NCBI GenBank assembly: GCA_965240325.2
Contig: OZ251222.1
Span: 4,216,001-4,280,000 of the forward strand
Origin: Rebecca billardiae RCC1528
Lineage: Eukaryota > Protista > Haptophyta
Direction: 5' to 3'
DNA length: 64,000 nt
The notes under the pieces were generated by a model that made no database searches, was not told where the DNA came from, and saw only the letters and a program-made list of their open reading frames with translations. Numbering within the stretch: position 1 is the first letter of the stretch; the number at the start of each line of letters is the position of its first letter. The translations under genes were made by a program, and so were the position numbers. This document shows positions 23,901 to 35,900 of the stretch, in pieces.

Positions 23901-26900
23901 GCACGCTGCCGTCGGAGAGCGCCGCGTACACGAGCACGGACGCGCGCGCGCCCTCGGCGCTGAGGAGCTGCTGCACGCGCGCCACGCCGGTGAGCAGCTC
24001 GGTGGGCGCGGTGCCCACCGTCGCCGCCGGCTGCGCGTGCCAGCTCACGCTCGTGTACGCCACCGGCGTGAGCGCGGACACGGTGCGCGCGGGCGCGGCC
24101 GCCACCGTGACGCTCGCGCCCTGCACGACGGAAGAGCCGGCCGCGCTCAGCGCCGCGCTGCCCGCGGAGAGGCCGGTGACGGTGGCGAAGCCGGTGACGG
24201 CGGAGACACCGACGCTCGCGACGGCGGCGTCGGACGAGGCGAGGCTGACGAGCGGCGTCACGTCCACGCCGCTCACCGTGCTCAGCCCCTCGCCGCCGAG
24301 CTCGGCGAGCACGCGCGCGCGCGTCGACTGGAAGGCCTGCGTGCCGCACGCGCCCGGCTGCGACAGGCCGCTGATCGGGTGGAGCGTGCTCAGGCCGAGC
24401 GAGATCGCCGCGGAGAGCGGCACCCACACGCGCAGCGGCACCGACGCGAGCGCCGGGCCGCCGCCGCCCTCCGCGTACACGCCCACGCTCACGCTCGCCG
24501 CCCCGTCCGGGTTGGCCGTGGTGACGCCGAGCGCGCACGGCGAGCCGTCTCCGGGCAGCACGAGCGCCACGCTCGCGTTGGCGCACGCGCACGCGTACCC
24601 GCTGCTCGCGAGCGAGGCGGCGGTGGCGGGGCGGTTGTACAGCTCGAGCACGCGCAGCGCGGTGCTCGTGTTCGCGCCGCTCAGCGCCGCGCTGTTGAGC
24701 AGCTCGGGCGCGTCCGCGTACGCCAGCACCGCCGAGACGGCCAGCGCGGCCGCCTCGACCGTGCCGACCGCAGCGGCGCCGTCGTCCGCGTCGGCCACGT
24801 CGGCGGCCGCGTCCTGCACAAACGCGAAGCCGAGCGTGTTGACGAGCTCCTGCACGTGCACCGAGAGCGCGTCGGCGACGGTGAGCCCGCCCGGCGCGGC
24901 CGCGCTCAGCCGCAGCGTCAGCGTGATCAGCGCCACCGCGCTGCCGCTGGCGTCCGCCTCGGACTTGCCCGGCGCGAGCCCGGCGACCACGACCGACACG
25001 GCGCTGCCCGAGTCGACGACGGTCGGCGCGTTGAACACGTCCGAGGCCGCGCTCGAGACGAACGAGAGGTAGCTCGCGTTGTACGACGCGCTGAGCTGGA
25101 ACGCCTTGAGCGCAAACCCGCCCGTGTGCGCGCTCAGCGCCACGTCCAACGTGTCGCCCGGGAAGACGGCCGACTGCGCCATCTGCGCGAGCACGCCCGC
25201 AGCCGAGAGCGCGTGCGGCACCGGCGAGCGCTGCAGCGCGATCGCGCCGCCGTGCGCGCAGCTCGCCACGGCCGCGCCCGAGTAGGCGAACTCGACGGTG
25301 ACGTCGGCGGCGCCGGCCTGCGTGTCTGAGAACCAGCCGCTCGGCACGCTCGCCGCACACTCGCCCACGCCGCTCGTGCCGTCGGGCGCGCCGCAGCTCG
25401 CGCTCGTCTGCGTGCCCACGCCGGTGCGCGTGAGTGTCAGGCTCGCGCTCAGGCCGGAGCTGAGCACCACCGTGCGGCCCGCGGCGTCGCGCAGCTGGTA
25501 GTTGACGCGCACGTCGAGCCGGTCGGCGTACGCGCTCGGCGTGCGCACCGCGCACGTGATCGACGCTGCCGCCGCCGGCGTCAGCGCGAACGCGGCGGAG
25601 AGGCCGAGGTCGAGGCCGTGCGAGGAGGCGCCGACGCTGCCGGCAGAGCCAGCGGCGCTCGAAGCGAAGAAGCCGACGCTCACGTTGTGCAGCTCGCCGC
25701 CGCTCGCCTCCGAGCCCGCGAGGATGAAGCCCGCCGAGCCCGGCGGCGGGTAGAGGAGCAGCGATGCGTCCGCGACCAGCTCCGCGTCGCTGAAGTCCCA
25801 CGGCGGAAGCGGCGGCGACGGCGGCGACGGCGGTGGCTGCGGCGGCGGCGGCCCCGGCGGCGGGCTCGGCGGCGGCGAAGGAGGCGGGCTCGGCGGCGGT
25901 GAAGGCGGCGGGCTCGGCGGCGGCGAGGGCGGCGGGCTCGGCGGCGGCGAGGGCGGCGGGCTCGGCGGCGGCGTCGGCAGCGGGCTCGGCGGTGGCGAGG
26001 GCGGCGGGCTCGGTGGCGGCGTGGGCGGCGGGCTCGGCGGCGGCGAGGGAGGCAGGCTGGGCGGCGGCGAGGGCGGTGGGCCCGGCGGTGGCGAGGGCGG
26101 CGGGCTCGGCGGTGGCGAGGGCGGAAGCAGCGGCGGTGGGCTCGGCGGTGGCGCCGGTGGCGGCGGCGAGGGCGGAGGCGAAGGCGGCGGTGCCGGTGGC
26201 GGCGAGGGCGGCGGCATCGGCGGCGCCGATGGCGGCGGCGAGGGCGGCGGCAACGGAGGCGGCGGCGAGGGAGGCGGCGCGGGCGGCGGAGATGGCGGCG
26301 TGGCAGGGGGCAATGACGGCGGAGGCAGCGGAGGCGGCGGGCTCGGCGGCGGCGAGGGCGGCGGCGAGGGCGGCGGCGCAGGCGGCGGCGCGGGCGGCGG
26401 CGCCGGCAGCGGCGGCGGCGGGCTCGGCGGTGGCGAGGGCGGCGGGCTTGGCGGCGGGCTTGGGGGTGGCGACGGCGGCAGCTGTGGGGGCGGGCTCGGC
26501 GGCGGCGACGGCGGTGAGACCGGAGGCGGCGAGGGCGGCGGCCGCGGCGGCGCGGAGGGCGGGGGCGAGGGCGGTGGCGCCGGTGGTGGCGGCGAGGGCG
26601 GCGGCGAGGGCGGCGGGCTTGGCGGCGGGCTTGGCGGCGGAGCAGGCGGCGAGCTCGGAGGCGGGCTCGGCGGCGGCGACGGCGGCGGCGCTGGCGGCGA
26701 CGGCGGCGGGAACGGCTCCGCGCGCGGAGGGGGCGGCGGCAGCGGTGGCGGTGACGGCGGCGGGCTCGGCGGTGGCGACGGCGGCGGCTGCGGCGGTGGC
26801 GACGGCGGCGGTGGCGACGGTGGCGGGCTCGGCGGCGGAGACGGCGGCAGCTCAGGCGGCGGGCTCGGCGGCGGGCTCGGCGGCGGGCTCGGCGGCGGCG

Positions 26901-29900
26901 GGCTCGGCGGCGGCGAAGGCGGCGGGCTCGGGGGCGGGCTTGGCGCGGCCGGAGGCGGCGATGGCGGCGGGCTCGGAGGCGGGCTCGGCGGAGGTGCGGG
27001 CGGTGGCGATGGCGGCGGCGACGGCGGCGGCTGCGGGAGCGGCGGCGGCGGGCTCGGCGGCGGCGACGGCGGAGGGCTCGGAGGCGGGCTCGGCGGAGGT
27101 GCCGGCGGCGGCGACGGCGGCGGCGCGGGCAGCGGCGGCGGGCTCGGCGGCGGCGATGGCGGCGGCGTCGGCGGCGACGCCGGCGGTGGGGAAGGCGGTG
27201 GCGACGGCGGCGGCGACGGCGGCGGCAACGGAAGCGGCGGCGGCGGGCTTGGAGGCGGGCTCGGCGGGGGGGACGGTGGCGGCGCTGGCGGCAGCGACGG
27301 CGGCGGGCTTGGCGGCGGCGACGGTGGCGGCGTCGGCGGCGGCGACGGCGGTGGGCTCGGCGGCGGCGATGGCGGCGGCGACGGCGGAGGCGGGCTCGGC
27401 GGCGGGCTTGGCGGCGGGCTCGGCGGCGGGCCCGGCGGTGGGCTCGGCGGCGGGCTGGGCGGCGGGCTCGGTGGTGGTGAAGGCGGCGGTGCCGGGGGCG
27501 ATGGCGGTGGGAACGGATCCGCGCGTGGCGGCGGTGGCGGCAGCGGCGGCGGCGAAGGCGGTGGGCTCGGCGGTGGCGATGGCGGCGGCTGCGGCGGTGG
27601 AAAAGGCGGGGGCGGCGACGGCGGTGGCGACGGCGGCGGGGCTGGCGGCAACGAGGGTGGCGGGCTCGGCGGCGGGCTTGGCGGTGGCGCTGGTGGCGGC
27701 GGGCTCGGAGGTGGGCTGGGTGGGGGCGCTGGTGGCGGCGCTGGCGGCGGCGCCGGCGGCGGGCTCGGCGGCGGGTGTGGTGGTGGGCTCGGCGGCGGCG
27801 GGCTCGGCGGCGGGCTGGGCGGGGGGCTCGGTGGCGGCACTGGCGGCGGCGCGGGCGGTGGGCTCGGCGGCGACGCGGGTGGTGGGCTCGGCGGCGGGCT
27901 CGGTGGCGGTGACGGCGGCGGTGACGGCGGTGGCGCAGGCACGGCCGCAAGCGGTGGCGGGCTCGGAGGCGGCGAGGGCGGCGGGCCCGGCGGTGGCGAC
28001 GGAGGCGGGCTCGGCGGCGGCGCTGGTGGTGGGCTCGGCGGCGGCGCCGGCGGCGGGGACGGCGGCGGGGATGGCAACGGCGGTGGCGGGCTCGGCGGTG
28101 GTGATGGCGGCGGGCTCGGCGGAGGGCTCGGCGGCGGGCTCGGCGGCGGGCTCGGCGGCGGCGAAGGCGGTGGCAAAGGTGGCACGCTCGGCGGTGGAGA
28201 CGGCGGCGGAGCCGGTGGCGGCGGACTTGGCGGTGGGCTCGGCGGCGGGCTCGGCGGCGGAATCGGCGGCGGTGCCGGCGGCGCCGATGGTGGCGGCGAC
28301 GGCGGCGGCGACGGCGGCGGCGCCGGTGGTGATGGCGGCGGGAAGGGCTCTGCGCGTGGCGGCGGCGGCGGTAGTGGCGGCGGCGATGGTGGCGGGCTCG
28401 GCGGCGGCGATGGAGGCGGCTGCGGTGGGGGCGTGGGCGGTGGCGGGCTCGGCGGCGGGCTCGGCGGCGGAGCCGGTGGCAGCGTCGGCGGCGGGCTGGG
28501 CGGCGGCTGCGGCGGCGGGCTCGGCGGTGGCGATGGTGGCGGCGGGCTCGGCGGCGGCGACGGCGGCGGCGATGGCGGCGGACTCGGCGGCGGGCTCGGC
28601 GGCGGCACCGGTGGCGGCGGGCTTGGCGGCGGGGACGGCGGCGGGGACGGCGGCGGGCTTGGTGGCGGGCTCGGCGGTGACGGCGGCGGGAACGGCAGGG
28701 CGCGCGGCGGCGGTGGCGGCGATGGCGGCGATGGAGGCGGTGGGCTCGGTGGCGGGCTCGGCGGAGGGCCTGGCGGTGGGCTCGGCGGCGGGAAGGGCGG
28801 CGGCTCCGGCGGAGGCGGAGACGGCCTCGGTGGTGGCGGCGGTGGAAACGGGATCACGCGCGGCGGCGGCGGCGGCAGTGGCGGCGGCGATGGTGGTGGA
28901 CTGGGCGGCGGTGACGGGGGCGGCGACGGTGGCAGGGCGGGTGGCGGCGAGGGCGGCGGGCTCGGCGGCGGGCTCGGCGGCGGGCTCGGAGGCGGTGGGC
29001 TCGGCGGCGGCGAAGGCGGCGGGCTCGGGGGAGGGCTCGGAGCCTCCGGTGGCGGCGAGGGTGGCGGCGACGGCGGCGGAGCCGGCGGCAGCGAGGGCGG
29101 CGGCGAGGGCGGCGGCGAGGGCGGCGGCCGCGGCAACGGCGGCGGCGGGCTGGGTGGCGGCGACGGTGGCGGACTCGGCGGTGGCGAGGGCGGCGGGCTG
29201 GGTGGCGGGCTGGGCGGCGGCGACGGCGGTGGCACCGGCGGGGGCGGAGAAGGTGGTGGGCTCGGCGGCGGACTTGGCGGCGGGATGGGTGGCGGGGCAG
29301 GGGGCCGCGAGGGCGGCGGCGAGGGCGGCGGCGAGGGCGGCGGCGAGGGCGGCGAGGGCGGCGGGAACGGCTCCGCGCGCGGCGGCGGTGGCGGCAGCGG
29401 CGGTGGCGACGGCGGCGGGCTTGGCGGAGGCGACGGTGGCGGCAACGGTGGCGGCGCGGGCGGCGGCGGCGATGGTGGCGGGCTCGGCGGGGGCGCGGGC
29501 GGCGACGACGGCGGCGGGCTCGGCGGCGGGCTCGGCGGTGGGCTCGGCGGCGGCGGGCTGGGCGGCGGCGATGGTGGCGGCGATGGCGGAGGGCTCGGTA
29601 GGGACGGCGGCGGCGAGGGCGGCGGGGAGGGCGGAGGGCTCGGCGGTGGCGATGGCGGCGGCTGTGGTGGTGACGATGGGGGCGGCGGGCTCGGCGGCGG
29701 GCTCGGCGGTGGAGCTGGCGGGAGCCCCGGCGGCGGGCTCGGCGGCGGGCCCGGGGGCGGGCTCGGCGGCGGCGGGCTTGGCGGCGGCGATGGCGGCGGG
29801 CTTGGCGGCGGGCTTGGCGCACGCGGGGGCGGCGAGGGCGGCGGGCTTGGCGGTGGTGAGGGCGGCGGCGAGGGCGGAGGCGACGGCGGTGGGCTCGGCG

Positions 29901-32900
29901 GCGGGCTTGGCGGTGGTGACGGTGGGGGCGAGGGCGGCGGTGACGGCGGTGGGGCCGGTGGAGGAGACGGCGGCGGTGCCGGCACTGCCACTGGCGGTGG
30001 CGGGCTCGGCGGTGGTGATGGCGGCGGAGACGGTGGTGGCGACGGTGGCGGGCTCGGCGGTGGCGATGGCGGCGGAGACGGTGGTGGCGATGGCGGCGGG
30101 CTCGGTGGTGGCACAGGTGGCGGGCTCGGCGGTGGCAATGGTGGTGGCGTCGGGGGTGGGCTCGGCGGTGGTGACGGTGGCGGTGCTGGCAGCGGTGGAG
30201 GCGGGCTCGGCGGCGGGCTTGGCGGCGGGCTTGGCGGTGGGCTCGGCGGCGGCAATGGCGGCGGCGATGGTGGCGGACGTGGCGGCGGGGACGGCGGTGG
30301 CGCCGGTGGCGGCGGACTGGGTGGCGGGCTCGGCGGCGCGAGCGGTGGAGGGCTCGGCGGCGGTGCCGGTGGTGGCGACGGCGGCGGCGACGGCGGAGGT
30401 GACGGTGGTGGCGACGGCGGCGACGGCGGCGGGAACGGCTCCGCGCGCGGCGGCGGTGGCGGCAGTGGAGGCGGCGACGGCGGCGGGCTGGGTGGAGGCG
30501 ACGGCGGTGGTTGAGGAGGTGGCGCCGGCGGCGGCGGCGAGGGCGGCGGGCTTGGCGGCGGGGCGGGCGGTGGGGATGGCGGCGGGCTCGGTGGTGGGCT
30601 CGGTGGCGGGCTCGGCGGCGGCGGGCTGGGCGGCGGCGATGGCGGCGGGCTGGGCGGCGGGCTCGGCGCACGCGGGGGCGGCGAGGGCGGCGGGCTTGGC
30701 GGTGGTGAGGGCGGCGGCGAAGGAGGAGGCGACGGCGGTGGGCTCGGCGGCGGGCTTGGCGGTGGTGACGGTGGGGGCGAGGGCGGCGGTGACGGCGGAG
30801 GGGCCGGTGGAGGGGACGGCGGCGGTGCCGGCACTGCCACCGGCGGTGGCGGGCTCGGCGGTGGCGATGGCGGCGGAGACGGCGGTGGCGACGGTGGCGG
30901 GGCCGGCGGTGGCATCGGCGGCGGGCTCGGCGGCGGTGCAGGCGGAGAAGCGGGCGGCGGTGAGGGCGGAGGCGACGGCGGCGGCGCTGGCAGCGGCGGC
31001 GGCGGGCTCGGCGGTGGCGATGGGGGCGGACTGGGTGGTGGCCATGGTGGCGGGCTCGGCGGGGGCGATGGTGGTGGCGACGGGGGTGGGCTCGGCGGTG
31101 GTGTCGGTGGCGGTGCTGGCAGCGGCGGCGGCGGGCTCGGCGGCGGGCTCGGCGGTGGGCTAGGTGGTGGGCCTGGCGGCGGCGATGGTGGCGGCGATGG
31201 TGGCGGACTCGGCGGCGGGGACGGCGGCGGAGCCGGTGGAGGCGACGGCGGTGGCGCTGGTGGCGGCGGGCTGGGTGGCGGGCTCGGTGGCGCGCGCGGC
31301 GGAGGGCTCGGCGGCGGCGCCGGTGGCGGCGATGGCGGTGGCGAGGGCGGAGGTGACGGCGGTGGCGACGGCGGCGACGGTGGCGGGAACGGCTCCGCGC
31401 GCGGCGGCGGTGGCGGCAGTGGAGGCGGAGACGGCGGCGGGCTCGGCGGTGGCGACGGAGGCGGCTGTGGCGGCGGCGATGGCGGTGGTGGCGAGGGCGG
31501 TGGGCTCGGTGGCGGGGCGGGAGGCAGCGACGGTGGCGGGCTCGGTGGCGGGCGGGGCGGCGGGCTCGGCGGCGGGCTCGGCGGCGGCGATGGAGGCGGT
31601 TGTGGCGGCGGCGCCGGCGGCGGCGGGCTCGGCGGCGGGCTCGGTGGCGGAGCCGGCGGCGGCGCCGGTGGAGGGCTGGGCGGTGGTTGCGGCGGCGGGG
31701 ACGGCGGCGGGGACGGTGGTGGCGGACTGGGTGGCGGCGAAGGCGGCGGGGTGGGCGGCGGGCTGGGCGGCGGGCTCGGCGGCGGCACCGGTGGCGGCGG
31801 GCTTGGCGGCGGGGACGGCGGCGGGGACGGCGGCGGGCTTGGTGGCGGGCTCGGCGGTGACGGCGGCGGGAACGGCAGAGCGCGCGGCGGCGGTGGCGGT
31901 AATGGCGGCGTTGGAGGCGGTGGGCTCGGTGGCGGGCTCGGCGGAGGGCCTGGCGGTGGGCTCGGCGGCGGGAAGGGCGGCGGCTCCGGCGGAGGCGGAG
32001 ACGGCCTCGGTGGTGGCGGCGGTGGGAACGGGATCACGCGCGGCGGCGGCGGCGGCAGTGGCGGCGGCGATGGTGGTGGACTGGGCGGCGGTGACGGGGG
32101 CGGCGACGGTGGCAGGGCGGGTGGCGGCGAGGGCGGCGGGCTCGGCGGCGGGCTCGGCGGCGGGCTCGGAGGCGGTGGGCTCGGCGGCGGCGAAGGCGGC
32201 GGGCTCGGGGGAGGGCTCGGAGCCTCCGGTGGCGGCGAGGGTGGCGGCGACGGCGGCGGAGCCGGCGGCAGCGAGGGCGGCGGCGAGGGCGGCGGCGAGG
32301 GCGGCGGCCGCGGCAACGGCGGCGGCGGGCTGGGTGGCGGCGACGGTGGCGGACTCGGCGGTGGCGAGGGCGGCGGGCTGGGTGGCGGGCTGGGCGGCGG
32401 CGACGGCGGTGGCGCCGGCGGGGGCGGAGAAGGTGGTGGGCTCGGCGGCGGGCTCGGCGGCGGGATGGGTGGCGGGGCCGGGGGCGGCGAGGGCGGCGGC
32501 GAGGGCGGCGGCGAGGGCGGCGGCGAGGGCGGCGATGGCGGCGGGAACGGCTCCGCGCGCGGTGGCGGTGGCGGCAGCGGCGGTGGCGACGGCGGCGGGC
32601 TTGGCGGAGGCGACGGCGGCGGCAACGGCGGCGACGCAGGCGGCGGCGGCGATGGTGGCGGGCTCGGCGGGGGCGCAGGCGGTAGCGAAGGCGGCGGGCT
32701 CGGCGGCGGGCTCGGCGGTGGGCTCGGCGGCGGCGGGCTGGGCGGCGGCGATGGTGGCGGCGATGGCGGAGGGCTCGGTAGGGACGGCGGCGGCGAGGGC
32801 GGCGGGGAGGGCGGAGGGCTCGGCGGTGGCGATGGCGGCGGCTGTGGTGGTGACAATGGGGGCGGCGGGCTCGGCGGCGGGCTCGGCGGTGGAGCTGGCG

Positions 32901-35900
32901 GGAGCCCCGGCGGCGGGCTCGGCGGCGGGCTCGGCGGCGGGCTCGGCGGCGGCGGGCTTGGCGGCGGCGATGGCGGCGGGCTTGGCGGCGGGCTTGGCGC
33001 ACGGGGGGGCGGCGAGGGCGGCGGGCTTGGCGGTGGTGAGGGCGGCGGCGAGGGCGGAGGCGACGGCGGTGGGCTCGGCGGCGGGCTTGGCGGTGGTGAC
33101 GGTGGGGGCGAGGGCGGCGGTGACGGCGGTGGGGCCGGTGGAGGAGACGGCGGCGGTGCCGGCACCGCCGCTGGCGGTGGCGGGCTCGGCGGTGGTGATG
33201 GCGGCGGGGAGGGTGGTGGCACAGGTGGCGGGCTCGGCGGTGGCGATGGCGACGGAGACGGTGGTGGTGATGGCGGTGGGCCGGGTGGTGGCGATGGTGG
33301 TGGCGACGGGGGTGGGCTCGGCGGTGGTGTCGGTGGCGGTGCTGGCAGCGGCGGAGGCGGGCTCGGCGGCGGGCTCGGCGGTGGGCTAGGTGGTGGGCTT
33401 GGCGGCGGCGATGGTGGCGGCGATGGTGGCGGACTCGGCGGCGGGGACGGCGGTGGAGCCGGTGGAGGCGACGGCGGTGGCGCTGGTGGCGGCGGGCTGG
33501 GTGGCGGGCTCGGCGGCGCGCGCGGCGGAGGGCTCGGCGGCGGCGCCGGTGGAGGCGACGGCGGTGGCGACGGCGGAGGTGACGGTGGTGGCGACGGCGG
33601 CGACGGTGGCGGGAACGGCTCCGCGCGCGGCGGCGGCGGCGGCAGCGGCGGCGGAGACGGCGGCGGGCTCGGCGGTGGCGACGGAGGCGGCTGTGGCGGC
33701 GGCGATGGCGGTGGTGGCGAGGGCGGTGGGCTCGGTGGCGGGGCGGGAGGCAGCGACGGTGGCGGGCTCGGTGGCGGGCGGGGCGGCGGGCTCGGCGGCG
33801 GGCTCGGCGGTGGCGATGGAGGCGGTTGTGGCGGCGGCGCCGGCGGCGGCGGACTCGGCGGCGGGCTCGGCGGCGGGCTCGGCGGCGGCGGGCTTGGCGG
33901 CGGCGATGGCGGCGGGCTGGGCGGCGGGCTCGGCGCACGCGGGGGCGGCGAGGGCGGCGGGCTTGGCGGTGGTGAGGGCGGCGGCGAGGGAGGAGGCGAC
34001 GGCGGTGGGCTCGGCGGCGGGCTTGGCGGTGGTGACGGTGGGGGCGAGGGCGGCGGTGACGGCGGTGGGGCCGGCACCGCCGCTGGCGGTGGCGGGCTCG
34101 GCGGTGGCGATGGCGGCGGAGACGGTGGTGGCGATGGCGGCGGGCTCGGCGGTGGCGATGGCGGCGGAGACGGTGGTGGCGATGGCGGCGGGCTCGGTGG
34201 TGGCGATGGCGGCGGAGACGGTGGTGGCGATGGCGGCGGGCTCGGTGGTGGCACAGGTGGCGGGCTCGGCGGTGGCAATGGTGGTGGCGTCGGGGGTGGG
34301 CTCGGCGGTGGTGACGGTGGCGGTGCTGGCAGCGGTGGAGGCGGGCTCGGCGGCGGGCTTGGCGGTGGGCTTGGCGGTGGGCTCGGCGGCGGCAATGGCG
34401 GCGGCGATGGTGGCGGACGTGGCGGCGGGGACGGCGGTGGCGCCGGTGGCGGCGGACTGGGTGGCGGGCTCGGCGGCGCGAGCGGTGGAAGGCTCGGCGG
34501 CGGTGCCGGTGGTGGCGACGGCGGCGGCGACGGCGGAGGTGACGGTGGTGGCGACGGCGGCGACGGCGGCGGGAACGGCTCCGCGCGCGGCGGCGGTGGC
34601 GGCAGTGGAGGCGGCGACGGCGGCGGGCTGGGTGGAGGCGACGGCGGTGGTTGAGGAGGTGGCGCCGGCGGCGGCGGCGAGGGCGGCGGGCTTGGCGGCG
34701 GGGCGGGCGGTGGGGATGGCGGCGGGCTCGGTGGTGGGCTCGGTGGCGGGCTCGGCGGCGGCGGGCTCGGCGGCGGCGATGGCGGCGGGCTGGGCGGCGG
34801 GCTCGGCGCACGCGGTGGCGGCGAGGGCGGCGGGCTTGGCGGTGGTGAGGGCGGCGGCGAAGGAGGAGGCGACGGCGGTGGGCTCGGCGGCGGGCTTGGC
34901 GGTGGTGACGGTGGGGGCGAGGGCGACGGTGACGGCGGTGGGGCCGGTGGAGGAGACGGCGGCGGTGCCGGCACTGCCACCGGCGGTGGCGGGCTCGGCG
35001 GTGGTGATGGCGGTGAAGACGGTGGTGGCATCGGCGGCGGGCTCGGCGGCGGTGCAGGCGGAGAAGCGGGCGGCGGCGAGGGCGGAGGCGACGGCGGCGG
35101 CGCTGGCAGCGGCGGCGGCGGGCTCGGCGGTGGCGATGGGGGCGGACTGGGTGGTGGCCATGGTGGCGGGCTCGGCGGGGGCGATGGTGGTGGCGACGGG
35201 GGTGGGCTCGGCGGTGGTGTCGGTGGCGGTGCTGGCAGCGGCGGAGGCGGGCTCGGCGGCGGGCTCGGCGGTGGGCTAGGTGGTGGGCCTGGCGGCGGCG
35301 ATGGTGGCGGCGATGGTGGCGGACTCGGCGGCGGGGACGGCGGCGGAGCCGGTGGAGGCGACGGCGGTGGCGCTGGTGGCGGCGGGCTGGGTGGCGGGCT
35401 CGGCGGCGCGCGCGGCGGAGGGCTCGGCGGCGGCGCCGGTGGCGGCGATGGCGGTGGCGAGGGCGGAGGTGACGGCGGTGGCGACGGCGGCGACGGTGGC
35501 GGGAACGGCTCCGCGCGCGGCGGCGGTGGCGGCAGTGGAGGCGGAGACGGCGGCGGGCTCGGCGGTGGCGACGGAGGCGGCTGTGGCGGCGGCGATGGCG
35601 GTGGTGGCGAGGGCGGTGGGCTCGGTGGCGGGGCGGGAGGCAGCGACGGTGGCGGGCTCGGTGGCGGGCGGGGCGGCGGGCTCGGCGGCGGGCTCGGCGG
35701 CGGCGATGGAGGCGGTTGTGGAGGCGGCGCCGGCGGCGGCGGGCTCGGCGGCGGGCTCGGTGGCGGAGCCGGCGGCGGCGCCGGTGGAGGGCTGGGCGGT
35801 GGTTGCGGCGGCGGGGACGGCGGCGGGGACGGTGGTGGCGGACTGGGTGGCGGCGAAGGCGGCGGGGTGGGCGGCGGACTCGGCGGCGGGCTCGGCGGCG

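Larger units (their letters stand above)
21565..25800 (-). other. Globular module B (~1,410 aa), collinear paralog of module A
   Basis: Manual translation: WDFSDAELVADASLLLYP…HNVSVGFF…DRLDVRVNYQLRD…GVGECAASVPSGWFS…VPLRVWVPL…YDVDLG…NFQIEIEIDS…LSWAVCTINDPL…SRRRALAAL…GDVSGDAVLTSYDV…FPFLGSSA…FEPL. Each motif has a counterpart in module A in the same order. Confidence 0.85.
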
